Assembly (NCBI GenBank): GCA_002688265.1
Contig: NZCK01000024.1
Location: 8,731-72,730, forward strand
Source of the DNA: an archaeon
GTDB lineage: Archaea > Nanobdellota > Nanobdellia > Woesearchaeales > GW2011-AR9
Direction of reading: 5' to 3'
DNA length: 64,000 nt
The notes beneath the pieces were generated by a model, which was not told the origin of the DNA, ran no database searches, and saw only the letters and a list, made by a program, of their open reading frames with translations. Position numbers and translations under genes: made by a program. Shown here piece by piece: positions 1 to 9,098 of the stretch; the first letter of the stretch is position 1; every line of letters begins with the position of its first letter.

Positions 1-541
1 CAGTGTATATTCTGTTATTAAAACTTGAATTTTCATCTGTCCCTTCGCCGTTGAATCTTAGAAGAAAGCCACCTAATCTGTCTATTTTATCATTCAAACT
101 ATCTCCCCAAATTTGGCCATCTTCACAAAAAGGAAGGCATGTTGAATATTCATCAGGACAAGTATCAAAATAACCTTCATCAAAATATAATGAATTTTCT
201 GGGGTTAACATTTCGTCTTCTAATATTTCATAAGTGCCAATTCCACTTTGATAATTGTCACCAAAATCACCATCTGCAGAGATTATGATTACACTTCCAT
301 CTAATAGTCCTATCTCCTTATAATCAACTCTAAATTCAGGATTGTCAGCATAACCTGTGCTAAACCCTACCGGGTGGCCATCACCTTGTAACATAAATGA
401 TCCTGAGCAAGATCCTGCAACAACATAAGAAGGATCATCTTCACTCCCTTCAACTCCACCATTACCCTCTAACCTATCACCATCTCCATCACACGCACCA
501 AGCAAAGCCACTAAACCTAAAGATGCAATCATTCGTTTCAT
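1..541 (-). CDS. putative secreted lipoprotein (3' part runs off the window)
   Basis: Not in the ORF track because it leaves the window. Reverse-strand ATG at 539-541 gives MKRMIASLGLVALLGACDGDGD...: a signal peptide ending in a lipobox-like LLGAC, then a Gly/Asp-rich mature part. Confidence 0.5.
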   Translation of the reverse strand, partial: MKRMIASLGLVALLGACDGDGDRLEGNGGVEGSEDDPSYVVAGSCSGSFMLQGDGHPVGFSTGYADNPEFRVDYKEIGLLDGSVIIISADGDFGDNYQSGIGTYEILEDEMLTPENSLYFDEGYFDTCPDEYSTCLPFCEDGQIWGDSLNDKIDRLGGFLLRFNGEGTDENSSFNNRIYT

Positions 542-639
542 AATATATTCACCATAAAATCTTATTACTACTTGAAAGAGACTGATTTATTTAAAGATTG
601 TGTCACTGAAGATTAGTTTTGAGTAATTTTGAACATCTT

Positions 640-966
640 TCATATAATCCTTACCTCTTCAGCAAGAATTTTCTTTTTAAGAGAAGGATGTAATTCCTCA
701 TACTCAATTAAATCTATTTTTCGTTTAACTGACTCTTCTAAAGCTAATTGAATTCCAACTATATCCAATAAACTTTTTTTTCCTTTAACTTTAATCAACA
801 AATCAATATCGCTGCTTTTTTTAGCTTGACCCCGAGCATAAGATCCAAATAAACCCGCTTTTACTATTCCATTCTTTTTAAGAATAGGCCTTGCTAACTT
901 AATGATTCTATCAATAGTTAGAATTTCTTCTTGTTTCGAAGACCTATTGCTTGCTTCTTTTTTCAT
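640..966 (-). CDS. minimal nucleotidyltransferase (MNT / Pol-beta superfamily, antitoxin-like)
   Basis: 108 aa. GLFGSYARGQAKKSSDIDLLI matches the GS-x(n)-DxD nucleotidyltransferase signature. No HEPN partner ORF is visible beside it. Confidence 0.8.
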   Translation of the reverse strand: MKKEASNRSSKQEEILTIDRIIKLARPILKKNGIVKAGLFGSYARGQAKKSSDIDLLIKVKGKKSLLDIVGIQLALEESVKRKIDLIEYEELHPSLKKKILAEEVRII

Positions 967-1206
967 AGAATTTAGATACTAGAATTTTATATAAAATCTT
1001 CTGTAAAAAGAATTAACGCCGCCTTCCCAAAAGGTTTCTCATCACAAAATAATCGTTCTTGTTAACAAAATTCACACCTTTTTGACTCAAAATCACTAAA
1101 TGTAAGTATTTCTTGAAAAATAAGACAAAAAATGACCTTTTTTATACAAATATATACCTAAAACCGAAAAAAGATATAAGGTATATGCAAAGGTAATAAA
1201 TACTAC

Positions 1207-1518
1207 TTGTTAGTAAAGACAATACTTATGAATATAGCAATCTATTTGGAACCGGAAACAAAACAAGATTTTGATTACATTGTCAAGAGTTACGACGAGT
1301 ATGGTACTCTTTACACTAACAAAGACACCATATCTATGCGTTTTCCTTTAACTGACGCTAGCAGATTCATTGTACTCTTACAAAGACTACAAGAATGGTG
1401 CTCACCCAATAACACCAAAAAACGGTGCAAAGCAGTTTGCAGAAATGGAAGCGATTGTCTAAACTCTGCCCAATTCAAAGATGTATGTTGGAAACATAGC
1501 AATTGGGCTGAAAAATAG
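1207..1518 (+). CDS. hypothetical protein, Cys/His-rich C-terminus
   Basis: 103-aa ORF (TTG start in the track). C-terminus reads CKAVCRNGSDC...CWKH. No family recognised. Confidence 0.3.
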   Translation: MLVKTILMNIAIYLEPETKQDFDYIVKSYDEYGTLYTNKDTISMRFPLTDASRFIVLLQRLQEWCSPNNTKKRCKAVCRNGSDCLNSAQFKDVCWKHSNWAEK

Positions 1519-1587
1519 GAAAAAAAGGGAAAAGAAGAGAAGAGGAGAACAGTTGGACTCTTCCTTCCCCTTAAGAACGTTATTTCT

Positions 1588-1863
1588 CTAAATTGGAAGA
1601 GGAATAATCTTCTCTAAATATTTGGCCACCCTCTCACTCATCGGCATATAACCCTTCTCACACAAACCATATATTTTCCTAGTACCATCTTCCTGCTCCA
1701 GATTTCTCCAACCTCCTCTTCGATAAATACATCTGAGGGGTGCTCCATTTTCTAAAGTGCAAACTCTAAAACTAGACACTTTCTTCTTGAACCTAGAATC
1801 ATACCTCTTGGCACACAAAGTTGCTAAATTTTCCAAAGAAGTTATTTCATTATTCTCGACCAT
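1588..1863 (-). CDS. hypothetical protein
   Basis: 91-aa ORF, convergent with the previous ORF. No motif recognised. Confidence 0.3.
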   Translation of the reverse strand: MVENNEITSLENLATLCAKRYDSRFKKKVSSFRVCTLENGAPLRCIYRRGGWRNLEQEDGTRKIYGLCEKGYMPMSERVAKYLEKIIPLPI

Positions 1864-1999
1864 TTTGCCTCCAACCTCCCATCAAAGAAACAAGCAAAAC
1901 TACTTTGGCTTAAACTTTTCACATATTCAGAAAATAGAGTTATATACCCAGAAGTTTTTTAATATAAGACAATAAATTATAAAAAAGGTTCTTGGGTGT

Positions 2000-2281
2000 T
2001 TGGAGACAAATAAAATGAATAAATTATTAGTAAGTATTGTTGGTGCTGCAATCTTAAGCACCACAACAGGATGTTCAAGAATTTCAGATTACATCATGCC
2101 AGAATGGGAATATCCAAACTTATGCACAGATGAATATTTTGTTAGTGGTCCTGAAGCACCCATACAAGATGAAGAAAGCGAAACTCCTGCAGTTAATTAT
2201 GATAACCATTTAATGGTTGTTCCAGAGTTCGATTTTGAAAGTTGGATTTTTAAAAAACCAGAAGAAAATTATTCACCTTAA
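2000..2281 (+). CDS. small putative lipoprotein
   Basis: MNKLLVSIVGAAILSTTTGCS is a signal peptide plus a lipobox-like Cys. ATG at 2015 is a more likely start than TTG at 2000. Confidence 0.5.
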   Translation: METNKMNKLLVSIVGAAILSTTTGCSRISDYIMPEWEYPNLCTDEYFVSGPEAPIQDEESETPAVNYDNHLMVVPEFDFESWIFKKPEENYSP

Positions 2282-2291
2282 AATTATTTTA

Positions 2292-3527
2292 TTATTCCGC
2301 TGAAGTTTTACCAAAACCAACAGCAACATAAGCTAAGATTTCTAAACTACCAGAATTCTCGCCACCCAAAGTATCTTCTTGCCTTGGAGAAAGTGGTGAA
2401 TATCCTACTCTAAATCCAAAAGGTAACACACCCCCTAACTTAGCATCAAACCTTAACGTAGCACTTGGTAAAATTAATTGCTCAGCTTGCACTCCCCCCT
2501 CAACAGAATTTGTTCCAGGTAAAACTAAAACACTAAACCCTGGTTGAATATGATAATCTCCTGCTATTAAAAAACCAAAATTTACATTACCTTGAACTGA
2601 TTGAGAATAATCGTGTTCTTTGTAAAACATCCCCGGGCCAGGAGCCGTTGCACTTAACATACTCCCTTGCTCTTCTGCATTATAAACGTCAGCGCCAAAC
2701 TGCCCTGTTGCTCTGAATTCTGCTTGCAAATCAAAAAAACCTTTTACAAAATATAAACCAAACATACCGGCAAACCTTGCAGTATGTTCATGATTTTCAA
2801 ATCCAGAAACATTAGAATTAAACCCTGGACGAAATTCATAAACTGCATCTAATTTTAAAACTGTACCATCTTTAAGATTTAAAGCACGATCTTCTTCTAA
2901 CTTTCTTAATTGACCAGTTAAAATTGATCTGTGGACAAAATGATTGTCAGGAAACAGGCCAGATTCTGGTGCTGCTGGCCAACCATAAGTTTTGCCAGCA
3001 AACTCTTGAGTTAATGATCCAGAAAATATTTTCTCTTCGTCTGTTGCTAACCGTAACCTTCCCCCAAACTCACTGCCACTTACTTCTTTATCTTTTTCTC
3101 TATCTCCTTCTGCAGTATAAACTAAATGGTCTCCCTGAACAATGTATTTTACAAAAGGTGCTACTGAAAAATTAGCAATTGGGTTTCTTAACATCAACTC
3201 TAAATTAGATTCGCTAGTTGTAATTGTTCCAAGCAAATCTAACGGAGAGTTACCTAACTCAGTGTAGAGTTGAATTTTTACTAGAGGAGCAAAATAACCA
3301 TCAGAAAAATGTAAAAGAGGAGTATCAACTCCTGCTACTGCAGTGAAATGATAATCTTGCCTTGGTTCAAAATCTGGTTTTTCTGCTGCTGCTTCAACAT
3401 CAGAATCTTCATGAACTTGAACGTGCGTTGGTTCATCAAAAACCCTTTGTGGTTCTTCTGCTTGAGCGAAATTTGGAATACCTAAAGCAAGCACAGCCGC
3501 TAACAACTTTGATCTAAGTGAATTCAT
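2292..3527 (-). CDS. secreted beta-rich protein (outer-membrane-barrel-like composition)
   Basis: 411 aa. Signal peptide with an AxA site (LALGIPNFAQA|EE). The rest is Gly/aromatic-rich with alternating hydrophobic strand-like segments (FGFRVGYSPL, LEILAYVAVGFG). No TM anchor. Confidence 0.6.
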   Translation of the reverse strand: MNSLRSKLLAAVLALGIPNFAQAEEPQRVFDEPTHVQVHEDSDVEAAAEKPDFEPRQDYHFTAVAGVDTPLLHFSDGYFAPLVKIQLYTELGNSPLDLLGTITTSESNLELMLRNPIANFSVAPFVKYIVQGDHLVYTAEGDREKDKEVSGSEFGGRLRLATDEEKIFSGSLTQEFAGKTYGWPAAPESGLFPDNHFVHRSILTGQLRKLEEDRALNLKDGTVLKLDAVYEFRPGFNSNVSGFENHEHTARFAGMFGLYFVKGFFDLQAEFRATGQFGADVYNAEEQGSMLSATAPGPGMFYKEHDYSQSVQGNVNFGFLIAGDYHIQPGFSVLVLPGTNSVEGGVQAEQLILPSATLRFDAKLGGVLPFGFRVGYSPLSPRQEDTLGGENSGSLEILAYVAVGFGKTSAE

Positions 3528-3648
3528 ATAATTTTGCGTTTATTACCACTATATAATGGTTTCTAGTTTGGAGACAATAGTTTTTTGTTTTGAATAAGTA
3601 AATATCAGAACAGAAGCATTAATAACCTCTTTTAATTTTATTGTCCCC

Positions 3649-4494
3649 ATGAAAACAGTAAAGTCTTTTGATGGTACCAAAATTGCATATTACAAACGTC
3701 AAGGAAATAAAGAAAAACCAACTCTGGTTTTCTTGCATGGGGTTGGTGGTAACTATACTACTTGGAACAAGGAACTAGAATTTTTTGAAAAGAAAAAATA
3801 TCCTTGCATTGCAGTTGACTTAAGGGGACATGGGGAAAGTGACGTGCCAGATGAATTCGAAAAGTATTCCACTGAAGCTTTTGCAAAAGATTTAGATGTA
3901 ATCTTAGACAAAGAAAAAATTGAATCATTCGTATTAATTGGACACAGCCTTGGTGGCTGCATTGCACTAACTTTTCATTTGCTCAGTAAAAAATCGGCTG
4001 AAGCAATCACCCTAATTGAACCATCTATTGTTTACCCTTTCAACCACGATCAACTTCTTAATCACAGCTCATTCACAACCAAACTGCTACGAAAAATTGC
4101 TTATAACCATAAACTAAGAAGTGAACATTTCCCCCATTTTCAAGATATTGACTTATCACTAAAAGGAGTAACTGAATACGCACACATCATTAAACACCTA
4201 TTACAAATTACCCCCATTAGAAGTATTATTTACTCGCTAGACCAAAACGAAAAATATATGCATGAACATTTCAAAGATATGAAAAAATTTGTAAAATCTT
4301 TTGAACATCCGCTCTTAGTAATTAGCTCTGATGATGATGATGTTTGTCTCCCTGAAAATGCGAAAGCAATTTGTCAACTAAACAAAAAACATGCAACTTT
4401 TTACTTATTGTCACATGCTGGACACAAATCAATCATTACCCACCCAAAAGAAGTTTCATTCACAATTTTTAGTTTTTTAGAACATGTTAAGTGA
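3649..4494 (+). CDS. alpha/beta-fold hydrolase
   Basis: 281 aa. Contains an HGVGGN oxyanion-hole motif, a GHSLGG nucleophile elbow and a C-terminal AGH. Confidence 0.85.
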   Translation: MKTVKSFDGTKIAYYKRQGNKEKPTLVFLHGVGGNYTTWNKELEFFEKKKYPCIAVDLRGHGESDVPDEFEKYSTEAFAKDLDVILDKEKIESFVLIGHSLGGCIALTFHLLSKKSAEAITLIEPSIVYPFNHDQLLNHSSFTTKLLRKIAYNHKLRSEHFPHFQDIDLSLKGVTEYAHIIKHLLQITPIRSIIYSLDQNEKYMHEHFKDMKKFVKSFEHPLLVISSDDDDVCLPENAKAICQLNKKHATFYLLSHAGHKSIITHPKEVSFTIFSFLEHVK

Positions 4495-4518
4495 AAGAAA
4501 TTTTATTTATTTAATTAT

Positions 4519-6048
4519 TTAATTAACTAAATAAGTTCTTTTGATTTTTTTCTTATCAGATTCAAACAATTGGTGGTTGTAAGGATAAACTTTGACTTTG
4601 ATATTCTTTAACTCAGGATCACCCTTAGAAATTTCTAAATAATCAGCGTTAAACTTTCCCAAATACTTTAGAATATTCTTTCGACAAACTCTCTCAAAGT
4701 TAGACCTACATTTTGACCCTTTCTTTAACTCAATATGAACCTCTAAAACATCTTGCATTTTTTTATTTGACGTGCGAGACAACTTAAAATGATTGATTTT
4801 CTTCTCTGCATCCTTATCTTGAAAAAGACATAGTTCTATTTGATTTGGATAAATGTTGGCAGCACCAAAAGTAATTATGTTCCCACTCCTCCCAAAAACT
4901 GAAAAGAAAGGCAGCGGCAATATCTCTCTAAAATGTTTGTAATTAGCAAAATTTTCTTTGAACTTTGGGTCGTGTTTTCTTAAGATACTGATTACATTAG
5001 CATAAGAAAATTTTCGGCCTCGATCTTTCAAATTGTACCTTATCTTTGGATGGGCAATATCTGCATTTAACAACGTGAAAAGTAACTCAGGGGGTGAGTT
5101 TTTTTCAGGTGGGCCTTCTTCAATATGACATAACAAAGGATTATATTGGAAAATCATTGGAACAGATTCTTGATTAAACAATTCATTACAAAACTCTGGA
5201 TTACTAGCCGCTAACTTACGAATATATGTACAAAAAGTACTTTCAAAACCAACACCAATATCTAAATCTGATGCACCATACCCAGAAACAATTAAAGAAC
5301 CTTTAGGCATTAACTGCTCCAAATATCTTAAAGATTTGATACTAATCCCTTCCCCTCCTATTGCAAGATCAATTTTGTATTTGTCCAAATTAATATGTTC
5401 ACGTAAATAAGTGATTAATTGCCGAATAAAAGGAGGATAACCCGCAATCAAATAATGCTCCTCTGGACCAAACTCTTCAAGTGTGTCCAAAATGTTTTCC
5501 ATGTCTTCTCCAATATTCTTAGCTAAGCTGGCATAGGAAGTTAATTCGCCAAACTTGGCACCAGTAATCCAAGGACCCATTACCCAGGTACTTAGAACAA
5601 TCGTAGGTTTTGATTGAAACATATAATGAAAATCAAAAATTACCTGGCTCAATAAAACGTCTTCCTCAGTTTTATTCTGAATCCAAATTGTTGGTTTGCC
5701 GGTCGATCCTGAACTTTCATAAATCATCCCATCTTTTGGTAAAATGCCCCCTGCACACCGTGATCTCAAAGGATACTTCTGGATATAATTGTGTTTGTCC
5801 ATAACAGGTATTTTTTCCCAAGAAGTCGTTACTTTGAATTTATTTTTTTTCAAGAATTTTTGATATGCTGGCACATGATTCTTAGCATGCTCAAACACAA
5901 TATTAGCACGTTTTTTTGAAATTGTTTCAAGAAGATGTGAAGGGGCTTTTTTCAATAACTTTTCAACTAAGGCAGGATCAAAATTCATTGAAGCATTTTC
6001 AAGTTTTTCTTCAATTTGTAATACTTTAAACTTTAACTCACTAAACAT
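4519..6048 (-). CDS. adenylate-forming enzyme, PaaK / coenzyme F390 synthetase-like
   Basis: 509 aa. The SSGSTGKPT adenylation motif is characteristic of the phenylacetate-CoA ligase / F390 synthetase family. Confidence 0.7.
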   Translation of the reverse strand: MFSELKFKVLQIEEKLENASMNFDPALVEKLLKKAPSHLLETISKKRANIVFEHAKNHVPAYQKFLKKNKFKVTTSWEKIPVMDKHNYIQKYPLRSRCAGGILPKDGMIYESSGSTGKPTIWIQNKTEEDVLLSQVIFDFHYMFQSKPTIVLSTWVMGPWITGAKFGELTSYASLAKNIGEDMENILDTLEEFGPEEHYLIAGYPPFIRQLITYLREHINLDKYKIDLAIGGEGISIKSLRYLEQLMPKGSLIVSGYGASDLDIGVGFESTFCTYIRKLAASNPEFCNELFNQESVPMIFQYNPLLCHIEEGPPEKNSPPELLFTLLNADIAHPKIRYNLKDRGRKFSYANVISILRKHDPKFKENFANYKHFREILPLPFFSVFGRSGNIITFGAANIYPNQIELCLFQDKDAEKKINHFKLSRTSNKKMQDVLEVHIELKKGSKCRSNFERVCRKNILKYLGKFNADYLEISKGDPELKNIKVKVYPYNHQLFESDKKKIKRTYLVN

Positions 6049-6137
6049 AAGTGTACTTATGAAAAAACTTTATAAAAACCCGTGTTTTAACTTAATAGTG
6101 ATTAAAACCAACAATCTTTATATATGATGTCTAGTAT

Positions 6138-8258
6138 TTGTCTGTTATGAGTAACATTTTTCCATCAGATTTAGAAGCAAGAATTCTGAATAATCAAATT
6201 ATTGCTAGGACTCGAGATAGTGGGTTAGTAAGAAAACCAATTGCGACACGTTTTGCTCCAGAATTTCGTCATACAACAATCAAATATATCACTGCAGGGA
6301 TGGAACTTGCTGAAGCAGGAAGTGAGTTCTCCTGGGAAGAGTTATGGAACGAATATGCAAGAGTTATCGGTTGTCAAGAAACTGGGAGTGAGCTGGCAGA
6401 ATTTACAAAAAAGATTGATCATTGGAATTCATTATGGTTTATGTATTCTGCACTTGAGTTTGCAGCAGAAGTCTTGCAAGCTGATAGAGAACAGTTTTAC
6501 CGAAGAGATGTGCCTGACAATTCTTTTACTAGCGAAACATTCTTGCAAGGCAGATTATTTGGAACTGTATTTGGAGGAAAAGCGCTACTTAAGTTCATTG
6601 AAAAAACTGCTCCAAATTTTTCAAAAGCATCTAGTTTTAGAAGTGAAGAAATTGATTCTGAAGACACAGACAGGCAAGAAAGTATTCGAAGCCTTATTCA
6701 TTTTCCAGAAAACTTGAATGGAGAATTAATGGAAGTTCTCCGTGTAAGAGATCCTACTATATTACAAAGAACATTTGATATTTATCAAGATCAGGCAAGC
6801 GACGCCCTTCAGTATGATACTTGGATTACCGAAGGAGTATTTAACTATGGAACAAACAGAACATTAGGGGAGTTTGGACACATAGAAGTTAGCCCAGAAG
6901 AATTGCCCGTTGGAACTACAAAATTCTATGCAGCTTTTCCTGCCGGGACTGAAAGGGCAACTGCTTTTGGAAAAGCGTTGTTGAATTCTAATCTCTCTGA
7001 TGCGTGGGTTCTTGCGAAAAGTATTGGAAATGCCCTGTACGACAAAGCAATAATGTGGGCAACACTTCCAAAAAGGCACCGTGAATTAGCACTGACATTT
7101 GATGCTAGATCGGAAGAAGTCTCCAATGGTGCTGCCCTAGCCACACGTTTAAATGATGAATTAGAAATTCAGGCTGCAAAATTATCTGAAGAAAGAGCAC
7201 AAGTAGAAGAACAAAAAGCAAGAGCAGATGCTGCTGAAAGAAGGATTGAATTGTTGGAAGGTGCAGGATTACGGCATGATGCTATCGCTTCTGTGCGCGA
7301 TGGACTGGCATTCCACCAATCAACTATATTTTCTTCTGTTTGTAATAATTTATTAGCTGCGTACCAAGCCGCTAATTCTGGCGACCCCAACTTTACAGAT
7401 TATATTAATGCCTTTGATAAAAAACTTAAATTTAGATTTAGAGGTAAGCAAGATCTTCAAAAAAGTGATTTAGAATCAAGACTTTCTGGAAAAATTAGTG
7501 AGAAGCCAGGAAGATGGTCAATTACTTATGAACAACTAGTTAAATTTCATGAACAAGTTCTGGAAAGATTAGAGGGAGATATTTCAAATGAAGCTTATCT
7601 TCAATTGCAAGAAGTTTTTTCTCCTTTGCATGAGTTATTAGAACATAGGCAATCTGCACGCTCTAGGATTAAAGACTTTGAATCAAGAGGAAGAGGAGGG
7701 GTTGTAGCTAAAGAATTTCCTCTCGAAAATATGTTAACAGAAGCAGAAGCTTTGGCTCGAAAAAAATTAGGAGAAGAATGGGTTTCCGAAATTCATGTTG
7801 ACACAGATTATGTGCCTACAGTTAAATCCAAAAGAACTTTTGTCGATAACATTTATGACTTAATAAAAAATAGCGTTGAAGCAGGTGCAACTAAAGTAGA
7901 TTTAGTTGCTGCAGACTTTGCTGAATTTTCTTATGATGAACTATATGGTAATTTTCTAATTCAAGATGGAGAACTTCCAATTGCCTACATCTGTCTTAAA
8001 GATAATGGAGGAGGTTACCCTCATGCGAAAGCAACTACTGCAGAAATAAATGATTATAATGGTGAAATTACAAACAGGTCAACAAGGGCTGCTGCAGACG
8101 GTGGGGGAGAAGGTACTAAAAACTTGCATGATTTGATCACAACTGATTTTCATCGAGGGAAACTAAAAGGGCTATATCACGCCGAAAGGGGGCCTGAGAC
8201 GCACGGAACAGAATTTTATCTCTTCTTTTACTCAAAAGATTTAGCAACTTTAAAATAG
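6138..8258 (+). CDS. coiled-coil protein with C-terminal GHKL (Bergerat-fold) ATPase domain
   Basis: 706 aa; ATG at 6147 is an alternative start. Contains N-box DLIKNSVEAGATKVDL, G1 LKDNGGGY, G2 DGGGEGTKNL and a terminal HGTEFYLFF. A charged coiled coil lies mid-protein (LSEERAQVEEQKARADAAERRIELLEG). The N-terminal ~330 aa are unrecognised. Confidence 0.6.
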   Translation: MSVMSNIFPSDLEARILNNQIIARTRDSGLVRKPIATRFAPEFRHTTIKYITAGMELAEAGSEFSWEELWNEYARVIGCQETGSELAEFTKKIDHWNSLWFMYSALEFAAEVLQADREQFYRRDVPDNSFTSETFLQGRLFGTVFGGKALLKFIEKTAPNFSKASSFRSEEIDSEDTDRQESIRSLIHFPENLNGELMEVLRVRDPTILQRTFDIYQDQASDALQYDTWITEGVFNYGTNRTLGEFGHIEVSPEELPVGTTKFYAAFPAGTERATAFGKALLNSNLSDAWVLAKSIGNALYDKAIMWATLPKRHRELALTFDARSEEVSNGAALATRLNDELEIQAAKLSEERAQVEEQKARADAAERRIELLEGAGLRHDAIASVRDGLAFHQSTIFSSVCNNLLAAYQAANSGDPNFTDYINAFDKKLKFRFRGKQDLQKSDLESRLSGKISEKPGRWSITYEQLVKFHEQVLERLEGDISNEAYLQLQEVFSPLHELLEHRQSARSRIKDFESRGRGGVVAKEFPLENMLTEAEALARKKLGEEWVSEIHVDTDYVPTVKSKRTFVDNIYDLIKNSVEAGATKVDLVAADFAEFSYDELYGNFLIQDGELPIAYICLKDNGGGYPHAKATTAEINDYNGEITNRSTRAAADGGGEGTKNLHDLITTDFHRGKLKGLYHAERGPETHGTEFYLFFYSKDLATLK

Positions 8259-8285
8259 AAAAAAAAGAAAAATTATTGAAAAAAC

Positions 8286-8981
8286 TTAACTAGAATAGCG
8301 ATCTAAAAAGATGTTAGGATCATAATGCATTGCCTTAACTTCTGTTCCCATCTGCATTCGATGAAGTGTTAAATCACCCTCACTTACAGGTTCCCCTGTT
8401 GTCTTGTCTAAAGCAGCCATCTTGTATGCGGTAAAAACTGCATCAAAAAGATTTGCAATTTCATTAACAGGGTCACTTCCTTTTCTTTGAACAAATACCA
8501 CTGGACCAACTCCAGCTTCTGTCTGAGGGATTATGGAACTCTTAAACAAAGGGTCCTCATAAACTAGTTCGGGTTCTGCTGTATAAAACGCTGCAATAAC
8601 TAAAGGGTCTGTCTGACTAGAAGAATTGGTGGTATTCATATAATTTGATAAAAACCGTACTCCTGATATTTCTTCAGCAGAGTCAACTCTATCTTCAAGA
8701 TACTCTCCGGTTCCTGCTTCACCTAGTAGAACTGGCACTTCAAGATATTTTAAATCACGATCAATAAACATTATTTGAATAGGACGGCCCTCTTGTAACG
8801 CAGCACCTATGTGTTCTTTCCCAGAAACAGCATTGTCTTCACAATGTAACCTCTCAGGCAAAGTTAAACCATGCAATTCAGCCAACTCTTCCCTATTACC
8901 CACATATACAGACTGGAGTCTTAATCTATCTCCGTGATTGTTCTCTACAGCAAGAATATTAACTTCAGGATTAGTTGTCAT
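8286..8981 (-). CDS. receiver(CheY)-like domain protein, paralogue A
   Basis: 231 aa. Shares ordered motifs with the next gene: ILAVENN, FIDRDLKYLEV, GVRFLS, AAFYTAE, GPVVFVQRKGSDPVNEI. Confidence 0.5.
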   Translation of the reverse strand: MTTNPEVNILAVENNHGDRLRLQSVYVGNREELAELHGLTLPERLHCEDNAVSGKEHIGAALQEGRPIQIMFIDRDLKYLEVPVLLGEAGTGEYLEDRVDSAEEISGVRFLSNYMNTTNSSSQTDPLVIAAFYTAEPELVYEDPLFKSSIIPQTEAGVGPVVFVQRKGSDPVNEIANLFDAVFTAYKMAALDKTTGEPVSEGDLTLHRMQMGTEVKAMHYDPNIFLDRYSS

Positions 8982-9098
8982 AATTAATCATCTCCATTTA
9001 TTGATAATAATTTTTTCTAACAATTCTATTTAAACTGAGTGCTTCTAAAAAATATAGTTCTAAAAAGTTAAATAAATAAAGAAAAGTAAAGAAAAAAA

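Noticed and set aside
1519-1587. Purine-rich imperfect inverted repeat (GGGAAAAGAAGAGAAGAGGAG ... CTCTTCCTTCCCC) between two convergent small ORFs, as a possible terminator or ncRNA.
   Set aside because: The pairing is imperfect and both flanking ORFs are themselves of low confidence, so nothing can be supported beyond a possible hairpin.
6241-6717. 158-aa ORF in an alternative frame inside the GHKL-protein gene. Many similar 60-160-aa shadow ORFs occur in the track, for example 32724-33182, 33225-33530, 43907-44257, 55668-55985, 57170-57652 and 58971-59366.
   Set aside because: All are nested in or antisense to long ORFs with clear homology or consistent domain structure. Their translations are low-complexity with no motifs. 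This is typical of chance open frames in AT-rich DNA.
6138-8258. Interpretation of the 706-aa protein as a classical sensor histidine kinase. LRHDAIASVRD was taken as an H-box, with two response regulators next door.
   Set aside because: The ATP-binding N-box (NSVEAGAT) is of the MutL/Hsp90/MORC type rather than the HK N-box. The putative H-box lies about 200 aa from the ATPase domain, roughly twice the usual spacing. This is kept only as an alternative hypothesis inside the main finding.
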